From a virus, in the IMG/VR virus record IMGVR_UViG_3300044730_001822, positions 69,427 to 133,426 of that record: a stretch of DNA of 64,000 bases, one strand, 5' to 3'. The first letter of the stretch is position 1, and each line of letters begins with the position of its first letter. The position numbers were made by a program, and so were the translations under genes. The notes below the pieces were generated by a model. It was not told the DNA's origin. It did not search any database and was given only the letters and a program-made list of their open reading frames with translations. Shown here piece by piece: positions 57,328 through 64,000 of this stretch.

Positions 57328-58419
57328 TTAGTTGGCTGCCTGGAGGATGTACTTGCCAAACTTCTTGTAGAACTCGTCAAAGTTCTTGAGTTTGGTAGTT
57401 TCAAAGGGCAGTTCGTACACAGTCAACGCCACTCGAGCACCCATGACAGTTAACTCTGTTTCAAAGTTCGCCATCATATAGCCCAAGAAGTTATCGACCT
57501 TTTTGTTCCACTCTTCTTTGCTCTTGGAGTCTTTGGCACGGCCAAGACCCTCTTTGAGTTCGTAGCAGAGACTGGTAACCAAACTGTACATTGCCGACAC
57601 TTCCTTCACCTGCAGATCCTTGACTTTGCCGTCTAAGATATCTTCAGGCTGGGGCATCTTGGCAGATACCTTGCGGTGAGCCATAAACTTCACAGCCAAG
57701 CCCTCGCCCACAGTACCAGCGATGAGATTCATCAGCGTATCATCATCTTCTTCGTCGTCCAGCAATTGGCTCACAAAGGTCCAGGAACGCGGGGTAGCAA
57801 ACGAGCGCGACGCAGATTTAGCATCAAAGTCGTACAAGTCGCCCTTGGCAAAACTCAGGTAACCTACCACGTCTTTGTGGATGCGATTCAGCACAGCCCA
57901 CTCTTGCCAGGAGTTGAAATCCACTTTCATTTCCTGGTGGATAAAGCGATTGGCTAGCGGCGTGGGCATACGATAAGTCACACCCTTGTCTGAGTCACGG
58001 TTACCAGCGGCCACGATCACCACATTGTCGGGCAGTCGATACTTGCCAATGCGACGGTTCAGCGTCAACTGATATGCCGCGGCCTGTACCGACGGAGCGG
58101 CCGAGTTCATCTCGTCCAAGAACAAGATAACGATGGGATACTGGCTGGCCAACTCTTCGTCGGGCAGGTCCACGGGCGCGGCCCAGTCCATCTTGTTCAA
58201 GTCTTTGTTGTAAAACGGAATGCCACGCAAGTCGGTGGGCTCCATCTGCGCCAGGCGCAGGTCAATCATATAGCCATTCATCTCAGTGGCAATGTTCTCC
58301 ACCAGTTCAGACTTGCCAATGCCTGGAGGACCCCACAAGAACAGTGGGCGCTTGGATTTAAAGCACCGCAGGATACTCTTGCGGGCTTGCTTACTGGTTA
58401 CGGTACGGGCTTCGGACAT
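57328..58419 (-). CDS. MoxR-like AAA+ ATPase
   Basis: Walker A GPPGIGKS, DLRG-P, Walker B LFLDEMN, AAGNR, LANRF, TPRSW. AGGAG SD. Confidence 0.92.
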   Translation of the reverse strand: MSEARTVTSKQARKSILRCFKSKRPLFLWGPPGIGKSELVENIATEMNGYMIDLRLAQMEPTDLRGIPFYNKDLNKMDWAAPVDLPDEELASQYPIVILFLDEMNSAAPSVQAAAYQLTLNRRIGKYRLPDNVVIVAAGNRDSDKGVTYRMPTPLANRFIHQEMKVDFNSWQEWAVLNRIHKDVVGYLSFAKGDLYDFDAKSASRSFATPRSWTFVSQLLDDEEDDDTLMNLIAGTVGEGLAVKFMAHRKVSAKMPQPEDILDGKVKDLQVKEVSAMYSLVTSLCYELKEGLGRAKDSKSKEEWNKKVDNFLGYMMANFETELTVMGARVALTVYELPFETTKLKNFDEFYKKFGKYILQAAN

Positions 58420-58452
58420 ACACTACTCCTATCAAGTTACGGTTGAAATGCT

Positions 58453-58481
58453 AGTATAACGATTGTTGATTTTTCAGTCAA
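58453..58481 (-). promoter_or_regulatory. sigma70-type early promoter TTGACT-17-TATACT
   Basis: TTGACTgaaaaatcaacaatcgtTATACT upstream of the AAA gene. Confidence 0.75.
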
Positions 58482-58598
58482 CTGAATAAAAGTACAAAAA
58501 ACCAAAAACCCACTGTCAATATCAAAAATGCCACAATCACGGCAAATGGTAACAGCACAAGAAATTTAACCATTTTTAAAAACATTGATGTCTCCGAC

Positions 58599-58862
58599 TT
58601 AGGCTCCGTCGTACTCGTAGAACTTTACTGTGGAATCTAACTTCTGCAGTTCACGAGCCACGGCGGTGAGTTGGCGATAACGACTGGCCACTGATTCGCG
58701 CGGCAGTTCGCCATCGCAGGTCAAGTTCTCGGGCGACAGTTCGGCGTCAATGCTATCAGCCAAAGATTGACGGTCCTGTGCTGAGTCGAGACTGAGAGCA
58801 GGACTGCCAAAGATTGCGCGATAACGATTTTTATGCACTAGGTAAACTTGTAAAGCGGACAT
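58599..58862 (-). CDS. hypothetical protein
   Basis: ATG 58862 after an AGGAG SD; ELSPENL-CDGE motif. Confidence 0.65.
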   Translation of the reverse strand: MSALQVYLVHKNRYRAIFGSPALSLDSAQDRQSLADSIDAELSPENLTCDGELPRESVASRYRQLTAVARELQKLDSTVKFYEYDGA

Positions 58863-58887
58863 TTGATCTCCTGATTGATATTTGAAA

Positions 58888-59274
58888 TTAGCCAAACTTC
58901 CGGGTTTTCTTTGAGAAGGCTGCTTTGGCCCAGGCACGCTCTGACATACCTTGATTAGAAAGTATGAAGCCACCACCGTCCACTAGATCACAATACTTGA
59001 TGATGAGATCTGAACCCGCGGCCTGTAATGCAGAGTTCATCTTGGCTACGGCATACTCGACTCCGGAGGAAAATGCTGTGAACTCATCCTCGGTGGTTTC
59101 ATAGAAGTCAAAGTAACCCTGCATGGCTTCTTCGTACTCTGTGGCATCTGCTACCAGGAAATTGTTGAACACCTGCCAGTCTTTCTGGCTGTCCATATCC
59201 CAGTTCTCTGCGGCTTCGTTAACGTCAAACGATTCAAACTGCAGGTCTAGCACAAGTTCTTGAGTTGAAGGCAT
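58888..59274 (-). CDS. acidic hypothetical early protein
   Basis: AGGAG SD; first gene behind a sigma70 promoter; 19 D/E versus 1 K/R in the first 75 aa. Confidence 0.7.
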   Translation of the reverse strand: MPSTQELVLDLQFESFDVNEAAENWDMDSQKDWQVFNNFLVADATEYEEAMQGYFDFYETTEDEFTAFSSGVEYAVAKMNSALQAAGSDLIIKYCDLVDGGGFILSNQGMSERAWAKAAFSKKTRKFG

Positions 59275-59306
59275 TTGGTTGGCTCCTTTTTATTTACTAT
59301 ACCCAT

Positions 59307-59335
59307 AGTATAGCAGATCTGGAGTTTTTGGTCAA
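59307..59335 (-). promoter_or_regulatory. sigma70-type early promoter TTGACC-17-TATACT
   Basis: TTGACCaaaaactccagatctgcTATACT; palindrome GTGTTG-8-CAACAC (59342-59361) just upstream. Confidence 0.75.
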
Positions 59336-59376
59336 CTTTGGGTGTTGCGTAAAAACAACACTATTTTACACAGGTA

Positions 59377-60696
59377 TTAGGCGTATAAACTAAGGAATCC
59401 TTGGACCTTTTCACCAATGTAGGCAATCTGCTCGGGAGTGATCACAGGTGACGTGCCGTGGAAGTAGGTGTTGGTCATGGCCTGTGTGGCATTGGGAAAG
59501 TCGTCCCTGGCCCTAACAGGATCCATCAAATGACTGTAAGCAGGTTGCAGCATGACATTGCCTGCAAAGTAAGGCCTGGTCTGGATCAGGTTATCTTCCA
59601 AGTAGTCTACGATGTCGGTGCGCTTGAAAGGCGCATCTTTGCGAATGGTTATGGGAAATGCAAACCAGCTGGGATTGCTTTTGGCACGAGCACGTGGCAA
59701 GTGGAAGAACTCTTCGTAGGGTTGATAGATATCAAACAGCAGTTGATAATTGCGACGACGCAGTTGATGTATCTCTGGCAGTTTGTTCAACTGTTGCAGT
59801 CCCATGGCACATTGTAATTCAATGGGCTTGAGATTGTAACCAATTTCATCGTACACATATTTGTGATCAAAGATCTCTCCGGCCATGCAAGGTACCCACT
59901 CTGAGAATCGCTTGCCGCAAGTGCCACATTTGAGTTTGTTGGCCTCGGGACCAACACAGTAACAACCGCGACCCCATTCGCGTAAACTGCGCAGGATCAC
60001 ATCTTGATTCACATCTGACGTGGCCACAAAGCCACCTTCGCCCATGGTCATATGATGTGCTGGATAAAAACTACAGGAGGCCATGAGTCCATAAGATCCC
60101 AGGGGTTGATCATCATAGGTAGAACCCAATGCGTCACAGCAGTCTTCTAACAGTATGAGATTGTAATGCTTGACTATCTGCATGAGTCTATCCATGTCTG
60201 GTGGATTGCCCAGCACGTGGGCAAATGTGATCACACGGATATCGGGATTTTGTTCTAAAGTCTGCTCAACCTGTGCTAGATCCAAATTCAGTGTATCTAA
60301 TTCGATGTCAACAAACACAGGTTCAAATCCTACCTGTAGCGTGGGGTTGAGCGTGGTTGGAAATCCTGCTATGGGAATTAATACCTTGGTTCCACGTGGC
60401 AAGTGATGGCCACGCTTGCTGGTCAATGATGACATCATCAAGAGATTGCTGGACGAACCTGAGTTGGTCACGATGCCAAGATTCTTGCCAAAGTATTGCG
60501 GAAAGGCTCGTTCAAATTCTAGGCCTTTGCCGCCCATGGCCAACCAACCAGACAGCAGTGATTCAACTCCGGCCACAAACTCTTGGCTGTCGTAGTATGC
60601 GCCAGCATAGTTCACAAAGTCTCGACCTGCCACCCAGGTCTTGGCTGCATGTTTTTGGTCGATGTAGTGTTTGACTTGATCTAGTATTTCTTTCAT
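59377..60696 (-). CDS. rfbH: CDP-4-keto-6-deoxyglucose 3-dehydratase (DdhC/RfbH, DegT family)
   Basis: NSGSS-NL, FPTT-NP, FAH-LGNP, EDCCDALGS, SFYPAHHMTMGEGG (His at the usual Lys position), WGR-C-C...C--C, DHKY-Y--IGYNLK, TR--FAGN. Start ATG 60696. Confidence 0.9.
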   Translation of the reverse strand: MKEILDQVKHYIDQKHAAKTWVAGRDFVNYAGAYYDSQEFVAGVESLLSGWLAMGGKGLEFERAFPQYFGKNLGIVTNSGSSSNLLMMSSLTSKRGHHLPRGTKVLIPIAGFPTTLNPTLQVGFEPVFVDIELDTLNLDLAQVEQTLEQNPDIRVITFAHVLGNPPDMDRLMQIVKHYNLILLEDCCDALGSTYDDQPLGSYGLMASCSFYPAHHMTMGEGGFVATSDVNQDVILRSLREWGRGCYCVGPEANKLKCGTCGKRFSEWVPCMAGEIFDHKYVYDEIGYNLKPIELQCAMGLQQLNKLPEIHQLRRRNYQLLFDIYQPYEEFFHLPRARAKSNPSWFAFPITIRKDAPFKRTDIVDYLEDNLIQTRPYFAGNVMLQPAYSHLMDPVRARDDFPNATQAMTNTYFHGTSPVITPEQIAYIGEKVQGFLSLYA

Positions 60697-61859
60697 AATT
60701 TCCTCATGGATGTATTGATACGTTGCAGTGCTTCTCGTATGTTGGCTTTGCTGTTGGCATAACACAGTCTTAGATAACCTTCGCTGTTGGCACCAAAACA
60801 AGTGCCAGGCAATAGTGCTACTCCGGCATCCTCCAACAGATATTCTGCCAATGCATCACTGGTCATGCCAGTGGCTTTGATATTAGGGAATACATAAAAT
60901 GCGCCATCGGGAGTGAGACAATCAAATCCCGGTATGCTGTTCAAGCCCGCAACCAGTAGATCTCTGCGAGCACGATACTCCTGCATCATGGCAGCAACTT
61001 CACTTTGGTCTCCGTTGATGGCACGAATACCAGCACGTTGGATAAATGGCTGTACGCAACTGGCCACAGTTTGTAACAGTGCCGCCATGCGTTCTACCAC
61101 TACTTCTGGGCCAACCAGTGTGCCTAGCCGCCAGCCGGTCATGGCAAAACTTTTGCTGAATCCGTTGCTGAGTATCACGTGTTCGCGGCACTGATCGTAG
61201 ACACTGGGACTGTAAAACACATCACCATAACTCATACGTGCATAGATCTCATCGCTGTAGAGATACACATCGTTGCCGACCGCTATGTCATAAACTGCGC
61301 GAACTTCTTGTTGTGTCATGACCGATCCAGTGGGATTGTGCGGTGTGTTGATAATGATCAATCTAGTACGATCGGTTATGGCTGCTTCAATATCTTTTGG
61401 ATCCATGCGAAACTGATTTTCTTCTTTCAATCTCACTGGCACAGCCTTGGCACCCAACATCTTTATCACACTGTAGTAGGTACTGAATCCTGGATCGGGC
61501 ACGATCACTTCCATGCCGGGTTCAACCAGGCACATGACAGCATAATATATCTGCGTGTTGGCACCTGGTGTTACCAACACCTGCGACAAGTCAGGTTCAA
61601 AGCCTCGACTGCGTTGTGTGGCAAAACGAATGGCTTCTCTAAACTCGGGCAGTCCATAACTGCTGGTATAGTGAGTGTGGCCAGCACGTAGACTTTCTAT
61701 GGCCGCGTCAGTGACATTGTGAGGCGTGCCAAAGTCGGGATCGCCTATCTCCAAATGTATGATGTCTTGGCCTTGGGCTTCTAAGCGACGTGCGCGATCC
61801 AACACCCTAAACATAGGTTGTCCGTCGATGCGCAGTGCCGATTGAGTTATTTCTTTCAT
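60693..61859 (-). CDS. PLP-dependent class I aminotransferase (aspartate aminotransferase-like)
   Basis: IGDPDF-TP, NTPHNPTG, SDEIY, NGFSKSFAMTGWRLG, GAFY-F, YLRL. Confidence 0.92.
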   Translation of the reverse strand: MKEITQSALRIDGQPMFRVLDRARRLEAQGQDIIHLEIGDPDFGTPHNVTDAAIESLRAGHTHYTSSYGLPEFREAIRFATQRSRGFEPDLSQVLVTPGANTQIYYAVMCLVEPGMEVIVPDPGFSTYYSVIKMLGAKAVPVRLKEENQFRMDPKDIEAAITDRTRLIIINTPHNPTGSVMTQQEVRAVYDIAVGNDVYLYSDEIYARMSYGDVFYSPSVYDQCREHVILSNGFSKSFAMTGWRLGTLVGPEVVVERMAALLQTVASCVQPFIQRAGIRAINGDQSEVAAMMQEYRARRDLLVAGLNSIPGFDCLTPDGAFYVFPNIKATGMTSDALAEYLLEDAGVALLPGTCFGANSEGYLRLCYANSKANIREALQRINTSMRKL

Positions 61860-61860
61860 T

Positions 61861-62808
61861 TTACCAAACAAAGTTATCTTGATAATATTTTACTATATTT
61901 GTTAACTCGTTGTCAAATAGTGCAGTGGCACGCCAACCCAGAGTCTGCAGTTTGGTGTCATCTATGGCATAACGAACATCCTGACCAGGTCTGGTCATGT
62001 GCTCGAGGTATTGTTCTATGTTGTTGCTGGTGCCTTTGATTTGGGTTACTATCTTGTGGATAACTTCGATGTTGGCACACTCGTGGTTACCAGAAATATT
62101 GTATATTTCATTTTTGACTCCGGCATCAATCACGGCCAACACAGCATTGGCAGTGTCCGAAACGTGCAACCAAGTACGGCGTGGAGTGCCGTTTTGATGT
62201 ATGTCAATGCAACGACCCAATGAAAGATACTTGACACTTTTGGGAATGAGTTTTTCCACATACTGTCCAATACCATAATTGTTGGTAGGCCGTAGAATGA
62301 TGTAGGGAACACCATAGGTTCGTCCGTAACTTGTGACCAAGTGATCAGCAGCTGCCTTGGTGGCCGAATAAGGATTGCTGGGTTTCAACAGATCTGTTTC
62401 AGAATGTGCACCGACTTCAATGTCGCCGTAGACTTCGTCTGTGCTAAAATGCAGCATCACAGGCATGGTGAACAGACTTTTCTGTTTGATCAGTTCCAGC
62501 AGATGATGAACACCGTTGATGTTGGACTCTAAAAACACTTTGCTAGATACGATGCTGTTGTCCACATGAGTCTCTGCAGCAGTGTTGATAACATAATCGC
62601 AATCTACCAAACGCTCTAGATCGTTGATGTCACTGGCAATGAATTTGAAATTTTGATGGCGTTCAAGATTAGCCAACAGATTCCAATTGGCACAGTAAGT
62701 ACCTTTGTCCACACCCAAGACATACCAGCCACGATTCAAGCAGGCCTGTGTGACATGATAGCCAATGAAGCCCAAACATCCTGTGACGTACACAACTCTT
62801 TTTCTCAT
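61861..62808 (-). CDS. rfbB: dTDP/NDP-glucose 4,6-dehydratase (RfbB/RmlB-like)
   Basis: TG-LGFIG, AAETHVDNSI, STDEVYG, PSNPYSATK, NNYG--Q--EKLIP, RPG-D-RY. Confidence 0.88.
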   Translation of the reverse strand: MRKRVVYVTGCLGFIGYHVTQACLNRGWYVLGVDKGTYCANWNLLANLERHQNFKFIASDINDLERLVDCDYVINTAAETHVDNSIVSSKVFLESNINGVHHLLELIKQKSLFTMPVMLHFSTDEVYGDIEVGAHSETDLLKPSNPYSATKAAADHLVTSYGRTYGVPYIILRPTNNYGIGQYVEKLIPKSVKYLSLGRCIDIHQNGTPRRTWLHVSDTANAVLAVIDAGVKNEIYNISGNHECANIEVIHKIVTQIKGTSNNIEQYLEHMTRPGQDVRYAIDDTKLQTLGWRATALFDNELTNIVKYYQDNFVW

Positions 62809-63602
62809 TGATACAGTTCCAGTCCTTGATCTAGGCCCGCTAGATCAATGCCCATCTCGGCCAATGCAGTACCATCGCCGGTGTAGTTTTTTGGATCCGC
62901 AGGTATCTGCACTTCTATGCGCAGTTTATTATTATGTATGCTGGCAAAACGCCTGACAATACTTTCTAGATCGTGTTTGTGCTGATACACGCAGTTGATA
63001 TCCTGCAGTAAATTATCGTTCTCGATGTAGTAGCGCAACACACGCAGGAAATCACTGGCTGAGATCATGTCAAACTCTGCGTTCTGCACCGTGATCTCTG
63101 TCTGTTGAAGGCACCTTTTGAGTAATCTAAAGTCTGGCTCTGTGCTGTCAAACACACCAAACAGTCGTATGGTGTAAAAATTGTCAACCATCTGGCAGGT
63201 TCTAGCAATGATATTTTTGCTCAAGGAATAACTGTCTTGTGGAGCACTTGTCAAGATTTCAGACTCTCGGGCGCGATCAATGGATTTGGACTTGTCAAAC
63301 TCTGCCCCGGAACCTATGTTTATGAACTTGCCGAATCTATGCCTGAGGTTGTAGAAGTTTAAAAAGATAGCAAGATTGTTTTGTAGATCTTGATAGTTGC
63401 AATCGCCCATGCGAGTCTTGCCACCAGCAGTGGCACAATTGACTACAACATCGGGCTGATAAAGATCTATCCAATCACTGACGCTGGTATAGTCAGTCAA
63501 GGTTACGGTGCTTCTAGATACAGGGTAGACAACGTGATTGCGTAGATTGAGACAGATGTAGCTGCCTAGAAAGCCGCTGGCCCCTAGCACTGCTACTTTC
63601 AC
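62805..63602 (-). CDS. NAD-dependent epimerase/reductase (extended SDR)
   Basis: GASGFLG, GSGAEF, YxxxK (YSLSK), R-FGVF; GTG start overlapping the upstream stop. Confidence 0.85.
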   Translation of the reverse strand: MKVAVLGASGFLGSYICLNLRNHVVYPVSRSTVTLTDYTSVSDWIDLYQPDVVVNCATAGGKTRMGDCNYQDLQNNLAIFLNFYNLRHRFGKFINIGSGAEFDKSKSIDRARESEILTSAPQDSYSLSKNIIARTCQMVDNFYTIRLFGVFDSTEPDFRLLKRCLQQTEITVQNAEFDMISASDFLRVLRYYIENDNLLQDINCVYQHKHDLESIVRRFASIHNNKLRIEVQIPADPKNYTGDGTALAEMGIDLAGLDQGLELYQ

Positions 63603-64000
63603 GATATCTCCGCTATCATCTCCTGAGCCAATTCTTCATCGCTTAAGAATGGAGCCATATCGTGCAAACCTGCTTGCTTGCCGTCTTTTAAGGCCTGGCT
63701 GGGCTGTATCTCTTGTTCTGTGGTGCAGATGCAGTCAATGATTTTAGGTCCAGGCACATCAAACCAGGTCTTGAAATGGTCAAGATCTTGTTGTGTTTCT
63801 GCGCGATAGTAGTTGAGTTCAAAGGCCTGTGCGATGCGATCAAAGTCAGGAAACCATAAACCGGTATCACTACTGGTGCCATACACACGACCTTGGAAGT
63901 ATTTCTGTTGCGTGTTCTTGATGCTGAGATATCCACGGTTATTCAAAATAACAAAAGCGATGTTTAACTCATACTCTCTGGCCACAGCCAACTCTTGTAT
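63599..64000 (-). CDS. thiamine-pyrophosphate enzyme (acetolactate synthase large subunit-like), C-terminal part; 5'-truncated
   Basis: IQELAV...ILNNRGYLSIK-TQ--YF...PDF--IA-AF: end of the TPP-binding GDG...NN motif; frame open to the window edge. Confidence 0.8.
   Translation of the reverse strand: MQELAVAREYELNIAFVILNNRGYLSIKNTQQKYFQGRVYGTSSDTGLWFPDFDRIAQAFELNYYRAETQQDLDHFKTWFDVPGPKIIDCICTTEQEIQPSQALKDGKQAGLHDMAPFLSDEELAQEMIAEIS

Noticed and set aside
55595-57957. Long plus-strand ORFs antisense to the VWA and AAA genes (and similar ones opposite gp46, gp55, aminotransferase)
   Set aside because: Shadow ORFs from codon bias of the real genes; no motifs or translation signals.
59377-64000. 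Host chromosome (prophage boundary) at the sugar genes
   Set aside because: No integrase or att-like repeat; same strand and compact overlaps as the adjacent phage genes, and large phages often carry such genes. Cannot be fully excluded from this window alone.

Overview
A 64-kb piece of a large T4-like (myovirus-type, probably jumbo) dsDNA phage genome, genetic code 11; I saw no tRNA, rRNA, CRISPR array, integrase or reverse transcriptase. In order: (1) two tandem gp26-like baseplate-hub genes and a gp51-like ORF that looks translationally fused by a -1 frameshift; (2) a ~530-nt hairpin-rich intergenic region; (3) a minus-strand block of resolvase, gp46, gp47 and the gp55 late sigma factor; (4) a baseplate/tail block (gp53, hub, gp5, gp25, gp6, a 6027-aa giant virion protein, tail fibre); (5) the highlight, a ~13-kb cluster (40079-53200) with five radical SAM enzymes (four SPASM-type, one B12-class-like), three 2OG-Fe(II) oxygenases, a JmjC/cupin and five unknown proteins, built around two ~260-aa virion-like proteins that both end in the identical tail CHSSCHSSCHGSRGRR, with much of the cluster behind T4-type late promoters, which reads as a phage-encoded RiPP-like protein-modification system; (6) a minus-strand block with thyX, a MoxR-type AAA ATPase/VWA-metallopeptidase pair and small early genes behind sigma70-type promoters; (7) part of a nucleotide-sugar cluster (DdhC/RfbH, aminotransferase, RfbB-like, epimerase, TPP enzyme). 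All family calls come from recognising motifs by eye, not from database searches.
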